Assembly: GCA_000091205.1 (NCBI GenBank) | Contig: AP006492.2 | From: Cyanidioschyzon merolae | Taxonomy: Eukaryota | DNA: 64,000 bases | Direction: 5' to 3' (one strand) | In this document: in pieces, positions 1 through 9,838 of the stretch | Layout of the letters: every line of letters begins with the position of its first letter | How positions within the stretch are numbered: position 1 is the first letter of the stretch | Notes under the pieces: model-generated | What the model was told of the DNA's origin: nothing | Seen by the model: the letters and a program-made list of their open reading frames with translations, nothing else | The model's database searches: none | Position numbers and translations under genes: made by a program

Positions 1-2279
1 CCGCATCAAAACGCTTCTTCTTCTCACCTTTGCTTGCTTGATCACCTCGCTTACCGGAAGGCCCGCCACCTGGTGGCAGGGACTGGCCGTTGCCCATGGA
101 AAACAAGCGCTGAGCAACGCTGCACCGAGACGCAAGCGCGTGCCGGTTCAGCGCAGCGGACGTACCGGCCCTGCCCAGGCCGAAGCGATGGACGCACAGC
201 GTTGTTGCCGCTGAAGTGTCGAGTGTCACCACACAGCGCTACGATGTCGCGCTTTTTCCGGGCTTATGGGGTACTCACGAGTTTATTTACGGGCGTGAAC
301 TGAGCGACAAGGTTTGCGTGGCGTCTCCAGTCGCTGGTACCGTGTGGAATAGGGTGTAGTTGGGGAAACGCAAGCACTACTCAGCAAGTGGCGCGGCGAG
401 TATGTGTGCGTTCAGCAGCGCGCATCTACCTCGAACTGGATTTCGACGGGCGCTCTGGCACACTGTACCACACGTATGTGGGTTCGGTAGAACGCGGGAG
501 TATCTGGGAGGGAAATCTTGTGTCTTTTGCTCGTTACTGACTGCGTTCAAGTTTTCCAGGGATCCTGTTGTGACGCGGCATTCCGTTGGCTTAAAAAAAA
601 GTCGTTAAGAGCTGAAAACTGTTAAGAAAGAGAAGTGATTTTTTGGTTAAGACGATCTTGAGGAAAAATACGTTCTTGTTCGGCTCGAGGCTGCAATTGT
701 TGAAAGCTTTGGCGAGAGCGCGCCGCTCGAGTGAAGGCCTCGACGCCAGCTTGCCACAACGTCATTTTGGACAAACTCGCAGTACGGGTCGGTAGCAATA
801 GAAAACTAGGTCGCGCTTGGTATGCCTGGCGGAAATGCAATCCATGTTGATCGTGAGTCTTGGTTTTCGACATTCGAGGTGTCCCGATAACTGTACCAAC
901 TGTCGCCGACGCTCCGAGTGGAAACAGGATGTTGACTTATCGGATACCTCTAGGGTTTCTACCTCGTTCTCGTCGCTAGCTGCTTTATAGACGTAATCCG
1001 CGGCTTTGTACGGTTTTCACGAAATACGAGCGTTTTGAAGCTTCCTTCGGGGCTTTGCGGCGACCGCCGCCGATCTACCACAGCAACGCTTTCGCCATGC
1101 GCCCTGACCATACCCGTGCACGCTTTCCAAAAGGACGCTCAAATTCTGTTCAAGGATTAGCAGCAATCGTCTATGGACTTGAACATAGGTTGAGTACGGA
1201 TCTATGCTCCGCAGCTGCCGCGAGCGCGCCCGGTGCAACGCCCGAGCACGTTACCTCGTGGGATGAGCGAGAGAATGCGCTCTCCGAGGCTCACGCTTTC
1301 CAAGCAAGCTGAGCGTTCTCCATACCTGGTAACAGCAAAGTCTTGCTGTAGCATCGATTTCACTAGACCGTGGCGGAGTCATCTGCCACGGACGACGTGC
1401 TCCAGTGGCGGTTTTCTGTCATGCGAAAAGATGGTGCTCGCGTATACCATGTCAGTATTGGTACATGTTCTGATTCGAATCTGAGCGGCAGATGAAGGTT
1501 CCAGCACGCTGCACAAAGAATCGTCTTCTCAGACGCTTGTTCTCACGACAGGTTAATCGCACATATTCTTACGCAAATGGCAATGATATGAAAGCAGCGC
1601 TTGTCTTGGAGTGCTTGGGGGCTCCCCGCACGCACCTCGTATCGGCGATACGAAAGTGATCCGCGTCTATGGCTACAACAAAGCTGTGGACAGCGTCCGG
1701 ACACGTGTCCACGGCGTCATGCGTGCGCAGGTCTGGTCCAAGTAGCATGCACCTGCACCGGACGTGCTTCGCGCCTACGAGGCTACGTCGAACGTCATTC
1801 ATGAAAGCACGATGTCATGTAAACGCCAAGACGCATCGCGACACGTTTGGAACCACGAATGCGATCTCGTGGGGATGTGTCGAGTGTCGGCAATGAAATG
1901 CTGTGCTGGTGTCAATCTATAGATCATCGCTTTATAACAAGTCGCGTCGAGCACCTCGCCCTGGTTAACGGAGTGATAGATGGATGCAAAGGCGTGCTGC
2001 CCCTGGCAACGTGGGTACACATCTTCACTTCTTTGTTCTAGCCCAAAACCACTGATTCGCTCGTATCCAGGTAGATACCTGGACTTCGATGTTCTCGATT
2101 CGGCGCTCATGGTGAGTATCTCTGAATGCAGCGCGCGGATCCAAAACAGCTCAAGGAGGTCGTCGCTGGGGAAAGCGGCTACCTGCAGACTGCGATTTTT
2201 CAGAGTGTTCTACCCGTTCTCCATTGGAGCATCACCGCCATTTCTTGACAAGAAAAAAACGAAGACCCAAGTGCGTCAT

Positions 2280-3212
2280 TTAGAACCGTTTTGCTGCCCT
2301 TCTCGCCACGAGCACTTGATCGAGCAGGCGTAGTGCCTCTGTACCGTCCTTGGGCAACGCATCGATCACAGCGTCGGCGCCTTCGAAGCTCTCAAAACGC
2401 GTGTAAGCACTCTTTGTCACGAGGCAGCATAATCCAGCTGCTTTCGCGGCTTTCACGCCAATGGCAGAGTCCTCAATCACAACGGTGTGGTTTGGATCCA
2501 ATCGCATCTGCTCTATCGCTAACAGGTAAATATCCGGGGCGGGCTTTTTCCGCGGGACCACATCACCCGCGAATACTCGTATTCTCGGAGCAATATCTGG
2601 ACCCAGCAAGTTCACAATTGCCTGTACTGCCTCCTCATTCGAAGTGCTACAGACAGCCACGCGCATGTCGGAACGTTCAAAAGCCCGCTGAATAAGGCTC
2701 GCAACCCCGACGCGCAGCGGTATCTCTCCGGCGTCCACCATTTTCATGAAAATTTCCGTCTTTCGTTTGTGCAATCGCTGTACCAGCTCACGCTGATCAT
2801 CTGGGGTTCGCGCGACGTCCGGCCAACCAACTTCGTTGAAGTGTGCTGTCATGCGCTCCTTCCCGCCACCGACTTCCAACAACTGGCCGTAGAGGTTGAC
2901 GTCCCAGGTGGCCTTCTCTTCATCGATACGAAACTCGCGAAAGGCGCGGTTAAACGCTACTCTATGACCGTCTCTTTCAGTATCAGCTAAGACTCCGTCG
3001 CAGTCAAACAGAATGGCACGCGTAAGCGGCAACACTGCCGTTTGTGACGTTCCAGCGCTGAACGCTGGGTTGCGGCCTGACGACGCTGCACACGCTCGAG
3101 TCCGCTGCAACCAATTCACCGCCTGCGGTCGCCTTGAACAACAAGAACGATGACCTCGATGCCGCACGGGCGTTGATGGCAATGCCAGAAACGCAGTATT
3201 GCTCAATACCAT
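2280..3212 (-). CDS. CbbY-like HAD-superfamily phosphatase, 310 aa, with a long S/T/R/A-rich N-terminal extension (possible transit peptide)
   Basis: HAD motif I FDCDGVLADTE within AILFDCDGVLADTERDGHRVAFNRAF, a close match to the plant CbbY xylulose-1,5-bisphosphate phosphatase N-terminus. Uninterrupted ORF. The start codon is ATG (rc of cat at 3210-3212). Confidence 0.8.
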   Translation of the reverse strand: MVLSNTAFLALPSTPVRHRGHRSCCSRRPQAVNWLQRTRACAASSGRNPAFSAGTSQTAVLPLTRAILFDCDGVLADTERDGHRVAFNRAFREFRIDEEKATWDVNLYGQLLEVGGGKERMTAHFNEVGWPDVARTPDDQRELVQRLHKRKTEIFMKMVDAGEIPLRVGVASLIQRAFERSDMRVAVCSTSNEEAVQAIVNLLGPDIAPRIRVFAGDVVPRKKPAPDIYLLAIEQMRLDPNHTVVIEDSAIGVKAAKAAGLCCLVTKSAYTRFESFEGADAVIDALPKDGTEALRLLDQVLVARRAAKRF

Positions 3213-3787
3213 AGTCGTTTCGCGTTAGTGCAGTACGTTGCGGATGAGTACCGCCCAGGGGGCAATGAGCACGTGGCGCATCTTGTTCGCAAGCGCTTCA
3301 GCGTGCGTTTCCTGGATATTGGATATGATAGACCATAGTATCCAAAAATGGACTGCGGTGCGCTGCACCTACACGTCTTGTATTTTCGTCGGTGCGTACA
3401 CGATAAAATCCTTAATGCGGACGCGGATGCCGCGCTATCTATTCCGGAAACGGTGAAGTACACAGACTTCTGAATACGAGCTAGGTACGCTCGTGTAGCC
3501 TTGGAAGCATCGCTGCAAACGGTATTCGGGGTACGGTGAGGAACGCAGGTACCCGTTCACGATCTACAAACGTTTTCTGCTTTTTCTACGCTCGGAAGCG
3601 AATGCAGGTACTGTGTAATCGTTTCCGACCATTCTGGGAGGCTGAATTTTTTCTGCGCGTCGCGGCTTAACACCAACCTGATCTGTGTCGAAAGTGAAGG
3701 CACTTTATCTAGCGAAGCGCTTGTCTCCAGCGGAAACGCTTGTGTCTCCAGCGCTGTGGTTTGCGGCGAAACCGCTGCGTCGGCGCC

Positions 3788-6700
3788 ATGTCGACTTCCA
3801 ATGCGGGTAACAGCGACATCATGTGCGGAACAGTTGACTGGCAACTGGTTACTGCACGAATCGCCCGTCTCGGTGATCAATTCTTGCTCCAGCTTCCTAA
3901 CGAACCAGAAGCCGTAGCAGATCTCTATGGAGACCGGCCAAACAAGCGACGGGAACGCATTCAGGGCTTCGACTCTTGGAAAGCAGCGGAGCTGGTGCCT
4001 GCCTTACCTACGCCCGACGAAGTCCAGGATGCTGTGAAAGACCATATGGACCTGATCACGAGCCGGAAGGGGGTAGCGGACCCATTGACCGACCTCGATG
4101 CAGACGAGACTTCGCTGCACCGCGAGAAGCGAGCGCGCTACACCACGGATGCGCCTTCGGTTGCCAGTGTCTCTGAGCTGGTACGATACCTGGAACCCAC
4201 GAGCGCAGAGGCTTGGATAGGTGCGGTGGCTCTGCAGGTGGCACTCTGGGCCAACAGGTTGCGCGAGGCGTCCTCGCCCGTCCTTCCAGCAGCGATCGCC
4301 CATGAGGAGGATTTTCAGCGGCGTGCCCAGATGGGCGTCTTTGCAACCGGCGAAGCACCCCTGGTGGCCCCGAATCCCTTGCTGCCGACTTTGGTACGCT
4401 GCGGAACCGAGCTCGGGCACAAATGTGATGTGTTTGCTCTATTCCTTGCCTGTTTGGTGTATCCAGATCGAGCGAAGCAACGAGAGACGATGAAGGAGCC
4501 GGAGGCACTTTCGAGAACCGACGCGTTTTGCCAGCACCTCGCCCGTCAAGTAGCGGAGACAGTTTTCGGACTTTTCAACAGTGCGCTGCGGCACATAACG
4601 ACGGGTGCACCGATCGCGGAACAGTCGCTGATGATCTCTATCACGCCAAACGCTTCAGCGACTGCGAAAACTGCAGGCTTCATGAAGCTACCTCCGGTGC
4701 TGCAGGCACGGCGAGCACTACATTTCCTCGCCGAACTCGCGAATACCCATATTCTCGACTCGGAATGGTTTGTGCGTCGCATTCTGCATGATCTGTTGGT
4801 TGAAGCAGCGCTTTTTGGGGCCGAACAGGATCAAGCACCCCTCAGCCGTTCACAGTTTCTCGTTGAACTCGCTTTGGATGGTCTTATGCATTGCGGGCGC
4901 GAAGCAGAACGTGTAGCGGCGGACTGTGTAGATGCGATTCTTCAAGCAGCGGAGCGCTTCGCCGGAACGATTCGTTCCCCGAGCACCATCATCGAAGAGT
5001 GCGCTCGCATGGAACGTCTGTTCAGCCCGGTGAAAGATGTGGAGCTGAACTCGCCAGCACTCGATGAAGCACACCGTGCGTCCCTGCAGGTTTCACGACG
5101 CTTCCACGAGTTGCTCCTGGTTTGCCGCAAGCTGCGAGCACGCTCCTGGCACTGTAACCTGTTACCCCAGTACCATCTGCTGTTCTGGGAAACGCGTATC
5201 CGAGATAGTGGCTTGAGGATGCAGCTGCCCGTGCCGCCGCTTTCGCGACACAGCATCGACGCACGCTATCCAGTGCCCAGCATCCGCTTACACATCACCA
5301 AAATGGACACTACAGTCGAGGAGCACACCTCCGCGTCCGAGACTCCGACCTCACCGCCAGTCGCAAATGAGCAGAATGACTCCAAAGCACAGAGCTGGTG
5401 GCCGGCGATGAGCTTCACCGACCGCTTTCTCGCTGTAGAGCGACTGAGTGATATGCTTGACGCTTTTCTGGCCGATCGCCGTATCTGTGTCCAAATGCTG
5501 CGTCGACCCCGAGCCGGATTCTCCATGAAAGACCACCAGATGATGCTCGTGGAGACGATTCTCAGTGCGATGCTGCAAATACCGAGATCGCGAAACCCGC
5601 TTTTGTTTTACGCGACTGTGCTTGTTGAGCTGTGTCGAGGTGGTGATCCGCAAACAGCGATTCATTTGCTGCAGGCGGTCGAGACGCTCATCCGGGAAGC
5701 GCAGCGCCTCGACCCCGAGGTTACGGAACGCGTCGCCCAGTGGCTCGCCTTCCATTTGTCTCATTTTCAGTGGGAGTGGAACTGGGACGCCTGGCTGCCG
5801 CTGCAGGGGAACGTCCACTCAGCGGCGCTCATTGCGTCGATGCTGGAATACGCGGTTCGTCTCTCGTACCGCGAACGAATTGCGGAGAAAACACCCTCTG
5901 CTTTGCATAACTTGCTGGTTCCACCTGCGGAGCCCGTCTGGGAAACCGAGTCACCGCTGATCGGGAGCCCGGCTGCATCTCTGCTGGCGAGCATTCCGGA
6001 ACCCGTCAAGGTGGAATTGGCACAGCGTCTGGTAGCGTCAGCGTATGATGCGGTGCCGTATCTCAATGAGCATGTTCCCAAGGAGCTGCGACCTGCCGTC
6101 TTTCTCCAAGCGCTGCTGCGCGGTGGGTATGGAGCGCCGAGTTTCTTCGCCAACTTGGTCGAACGCTGGGGCGGTGTTCTTCGCGAGCTCTGCCGAGACC
6201 CGGGCGCAGCAGCGGCGGGTCTTCAGCTCGTCTCTGTGGTGCTCCAGGTATGGGAGTCGTCCCATCAGCATGCTCTCCTTTCGCTGAACTGTTTGAGTTC
6301 GGCAGGCATACTCGATCCTTCCACCGTTGTGACTGGCGTATATCGACAACTGCTGAACCGGTACCCGACGAGCGATGACCTCAGCTTTGCAGCGCTGAAT
6401 GACTTGCGTTTTCCCTTCGAAACAGTGAGGTTCTTTCTGAATCAGTATAGAGATCGTTTACGCCGAATCCAAACAGATATCGAGATGCTCTTGCTGGCTA
6501 TATCGCGTGCACCAGAACGCGACCTGGATACCATGGAGGCAGCGTTAACGCGGGCGCGACAAATGCTTCAGCAGCATCGACAAGGCCTGAAGCGTTTCCT
6601 CGCTGCCACCCTGGATAGCCTAGCACAAATCCTTCGCCACTATCATGGCAGTAGCGGCGGTGATCGTGGTGATCGTGATCATCATGAGACTGACGATCAT

Positions 6701-6952
6701 GAAGATCATGGTGGCACAGCGTCTGCGACCTCTGCCTCTACGGGAGACACGGCACCAGCAGCGCTCGTTCGGGGCTGGTTACTTGAGCGTTCCCTTGGCC
6801 TTGTCCAGGAACTCCTACGAACCCAGCTCGACCAGACGCCGCGCCTACTCGGCACGCTGAAGGCGTTGCTGGGCAACTTTACGAATGCATCTCTGAAGCG
6901 GATGCTCCACGACTTGGACCAGTTGGCTCGCTGGTCGCTCGCAACGGTTTGA
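3788..6952 (+). CDS. CBP80: Nuclear cap-binding protein subunit 1 (CBP80/NCBP1), about 1054 aa
   Basis: Remembered human NCBP1 aligns over long stretches: VLVELCRGG versus LLIELCKLQ; FHLSHFQWEWNWDAW versus HHLSNFQFRWSWEDW; AVRLSYRERI versus CMRLSYHQRI. An acidic Asp/His-rich C-terminal segment resembles the human D/R/S-rich region. First in-frame ATG at 3788; the track ORF begins at a TTG at 3740. Confidence 0.8.
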   Translation: MSTSNAGNSDIMCGTVDWQLVTARIARLGDQFLLQLPNEPEAVADLYGDRPNKRRERIQGFDSWKAAELVPALPTPDEVQDAVKDHMDLITSRKGVADPLTDLDADETSLHREKRARYTTDAPSVASVSELVRYLEPTSAEAWIGAVALQVALWANRLREASSPVLPAAIAHEEDFQRRAQMGVFATGEAPLVAPNPLLPTLVRCGTELGHKCDVFALFLACLVYPDRAKQRETMKEPEALSRTDAFCQHLARQVAETVFGLFNSALRHITTGAPIAEQSLMISITPNASATAKTAGFMKLPPVLQARRALHFLAELANTHILDSEWFVRRILHDLLVEAALFGAEQDQAPLSRSQFLVELALDGLMHCGREAERVAADCVDAILQAAERFAGTIRSPSTIIEECARMERLFSPVKDVELNSPALDEAHRASLQVSRRFHELLLVCRKLRARSWHCNLLPQYHLLFWETRIRDSGLRMQLPVPPLSRHSIDARYPVPSIRLHITKMDTTVEEHTSASETPTSPPVANEQNDSKAQSWWPAMSFTDRFLAVERLSDMLDAFLADRRICVQMLRRPRAGFSMKDHQMMLVETILSAMLQIPRSRNPLLFYATVLVELCRGGDPQTAIHLLQAVETLIREAQRLDPEVTERVAQWLAFHLSHFQWEWNWDAWLPLQGNVHSAALIASMLEYAVRLSYRERIAEKTPSALHNLLVPPAEPVWETESPLIGSPAASLLASIPEPVKVELAQRLVASAYDAVPYLNEHVPKELRPAVFLQALLRGGYGAPSFFANLVERWGGVLRELCRDPGAAAAGLQLVSVVLQVWESSHQHALLSLNCLSSAGILDPSTVVTGVYRQLLNRYPTSDDLSFAALNDLRFPFETVRFFLNQYRDRLRRIQTDIEMLLLAISRAPERDLDTMEAALTRARQMLQQHRQGLKRFLAATLDSLAQILRHYHGSSGGDRGDRDHHETDDHEDHGGTASATSASTGDTAPAALVRGWLLERSLGLVQELLRTQLDQTPRLLGTLKALLGNFTNASLKRMLHDLDQLARWSLATV

Positions 6953-7472
6953 ACGCTGCCTCTCGTTTGCGACAATGACGTGCACGAACGACGCCATCCA
7001 GGAAATATAGGTCCTAAATCGTGAACCTTGAGTTTCGGGGGAGACGCTGCGCCCGCTTTTTCGAACAGGCAACACACACGGCGCTGCGGCATGCAGCTGC
7101 CATACGAGGACGGGCCCGCGTTGAGTTGTCGGCTCACTGGTCGGAAACGGAAGTTCCATGGAAACGTCGTCGTCCCGCGAGAGCCGGAGCGTCGAAGCGC
7201 TCTCGCTCCCGGGCACGGTTCCAAGGTCAGAAAGAAGACGCGACTGCGGCAACGGTAACGTGCACGGCGCTGACTCAAGACGAATACGCTCCGAGTTCGA
7301 ATAGAGAAGACTTGATGGTAGCGATGACGCAGTGCAAGGCGCTGTTCGACGTGCTTGCAACGTCACCAGGTGATCCCAAGCGCCGAAACCTGCTGCGCCT
7401 GCCGATGAGCGCTTCAGACGCAAGCGCTTCACTCTGGTAGCCGAACGTTCCCCGAAGCCGACCTGAACTGGT

Positions 7473-7676
7473 TCAGTTCACTTTCTTGCGGTGACGGGTG
7501 AGCGTGCTCTCAGCGCCCGGGTCCAAGCCACGTGGTGTCTGCAGCCGAACCAGACACAACATTCCCGGGACCAGGATCGCCAGTAGGAGCAGGGCAGTTA
7601 TGATACCCATCCATAGCGCGGGTGTGAGTGCACCTGATGTCGCCGTCTCGGGAAAGTTCTTGGCTTTCGGGTCCAT
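7473..7676 (-). CDS. Possible small single-pass membrane protein (67 aa) between CBP80 and TrpB
   Basis: ATG-initiated ORF MDPKAKNFPETATSGALTPALWMGIITALLLLAILVPGMLCLV with one strong hydrophobic helix and a basic C-terminus. No family assigned. Confidence 0.2.
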   Translation of the reverse strand: MDPKAKNFPETATSGALTPALWMGIITALLLLAILVPGMLCLVRLQTPRGLDPGAESTLTRHRKKVN

Positions 7677-8281
7677 ACGCAAAGGCAAGACGAGAACAGA
7701 CCTACAAGTCAAGACAGCGCAGGTCTCTGTGCGCTGCCAGCACGTTCTTTCGTTTCGGAACCGGTGCAGCAGGCAGGCGCACTGCAGAAGCCACGGTGTT
7801 GCTGCAGGCACCTTTCCGTAAACTTGGGGAGGTGCACGAAAGCTCCCGGTTTATAGACTGCGTTTAAACAGTAAAGCGGGAGGAGTGCGTTTTCGAAGGT
7901 TCAGAGGGCTTGCGAAGCGTCGTTCGTGTCCGAGTCTCACTGTGCACAGCAAGTTTCCGCTGCTGCTGCTGCACGCAGCAGACGCAACGCGCACTTGGAC
8001 TTGGTTGACATGAAGCCGCTAGGGACTCGTTTGTTTCCATGCACGACCGAGTTCAACGGTAGGTAGAAGCGTTCCCTACGTCCACGAAGCTTCCACGTTA
8101 GAGTCGTGCGCCACACTGACGTGCAGCAGCAGTTGCACCTAGTTTCCAAGTTCAAGGCGCTCGAGTGACTCGCGCTTGTACCGCTGAGCGGCGCAAAGCG
8201 TCTTCGAGCGGAATACACACGCAAGCTTGGCAAGATGCAGATTTGGTGCTTTTTGCACTGCGATAAAAGCAGAAGGGCGCT

Positions 8282-9814
8282 TTAAATATCTAGGCCGCTC
8301 ACCAGCGGGCTGTTTCGCTCTTTCAGTGCCGTGATAACGGTGTTCACATCCTTGTCTCCTCGACCGGAACAATTCACAACAACGATCGGGCGCGCTCCTG
8401 CGGGAATCGTATCGTTGATGCGTTTCAGCGCTGCAAACGCATGGCTCGTCTCGAGCGCGGGTAGGATGCCCTCCAGTCCCGAGACCAACTGAAAAGCATC
8501 CAAAGCCTCTTCGTCTGTCACCGAGAGGTACTCTGCTCGCCCAGTGTCGCGCATAAAGGCATGCTCAGGGCCGACGCCTGGGTAATCGAGACCCGCGCTT
8601 ATGGAGTGCGCCTCTACGATCTGTCCATCGTCGTCCTGGAGCAAGTAGGACATGCTGCCGTGGAGGACGCCGACCGAGCCCTTTGTCAGTGTGGCAGCGT
8701 GTTCGTGTGTATCGAGGCCTCGACCTGCAGCCTCCACCCCAATAAAACGCACACTGGGTTCGTCCACAAAGCGGCGGAAGAGACCGATAGCATTGCTGCC
8801 GCCGCCGACGCAGGCCACCAAGATGTCCGGCAATCGACCAGGGCCGTGCCGCTCTTGCACTTGCTGGTATACTTCCTCACCGATCACGTAGTGGAAATCG
8901 CGCACCATGGCTGGGTACGGGTGAGGTCCGGCTACGCTGCCGACCACATAATGCGTCGTGCTTGGGTTTGTCACCCAGTCGCGGATGGCATCCGACAGCG
9001 CATCCTTCAACGTTGCCGTCCCGGTGTGTACGGGTCGCACTTCGGCGCCTAGCAAACGCATCCGAAACACATTCAGCTTCTGACGTTCCATGTCGCGGGC
9101 ACCCATGTACACAACGCAAGGCAGTCCGAAGCGTGCACACACGGTGGCGGTGGCAACACCATGTTGGCCCGCGCCCGTCTCCGCGATGATGCGGGTCCTG
9201 CCCATGCGTCGCGCTAGCAACACTTGACCGAGTGCGTTATTGATCTTATGGGCACCTGTATGCAGGAGATCTTCTCGTTTCAGGTAGATTTGCATACCAG
9301 ATCCATCCGGACGCGCAAAGTGAGCCGTGAGACGCTCGGCAAAATAGAGCGGCGTCGGTCGACCAGCAAAGTCTCGAAGCTGTTGTGCTAGCTCCTGTTG
9401 AAATGTCGGATCTTTTGAGACCTTTTTGTAAGCTTCTTCCAGCTCTTCAAGACACGATATAAGGGTCTCTGGCACAAACTTACCGCCAAAAGGCCCGAAC
9501 TTGCCACGCGCGTCCGGCACGCTCGACCGGTAGCGTCCAATGCGGCCGCGCAGGTCTGTCACGCGTTCTCCATGCTCGATCTCCTCGGGAACGACGTTTT
9601 CGGTCGCATTGTCCGCAGCCACGGAACGTTCCGGTGTCATGAGCATGCTAGGCAAGAACACGGTACGGGCAGCGGGGTTTTGCGAACGCGCACGTCGTCC
9701 AAGCGTGCGCCTGTTGTCCACGCTACGACCGCTGTTTCGCGTGAAGCGTTCTTTCGCAAGAAAGAAGCTAGTCGTGTTTGATAGTGGTGCGACAAACGCT
9801 GTGCAGTTTAGCAT
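8282..9814 (-). CDS. trpB: Tryptophan synthase beta chain (stand-alone TrpB) with an N-terminal extension of about 100 aa
   Basis: Hallmark TrpB motifs [31 protein letters not shown] and [11 protein letters not shown]. The conserved core starts near [18 protein letters not shown] start at 9812-9814. Confidence 0.9.
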   Translation of the reverse strand: MLNCTAFVAPLSNTTSFFLAKERFTRNSGRSVDNRRTLGRRARSQNPAARTVFLPSMLMTPERSVAADNATENVVPEEIEHGERVTDLRGRIGRYRSSVPDARGKFGPFGGKFVPETLISCLEELEEAYKKVSKDPTFQQELAQQLRDFAGRPTPLYFAERLTAHFARPDGSGMQIYLKREDLLHTGAHKINNALGQVLLARRMGRTRIIAETGAGQHGVATATVCARFGLPCVVYMGARDMERQKLNVFRMRLLGAEVRPVHTGTATLKDALSDAIRDWVTNPSTTHYVVGSVAGPHPYPAMVRDFHYVIGEEVYQQVQERHGPGRLPDILVACVGGGSNAIGLFRRFVDEPSVRFIGVEAAGRGLDTHEHAATLTKGSVGVLHGSMSYLLQDDDGQIVEAHSISAGLDYPGVGPEHAFMRDTGRAEYLSVTDEEALDAFQLVSGLEGILPALETSHAFAALKRINDTIPAGARPIVVVNCSGRGDKDVNTVITALKERNSPLVSGLDI

Positions 9815-9838
9815 TGTTGGATATCCGTTTCGTTCCTA

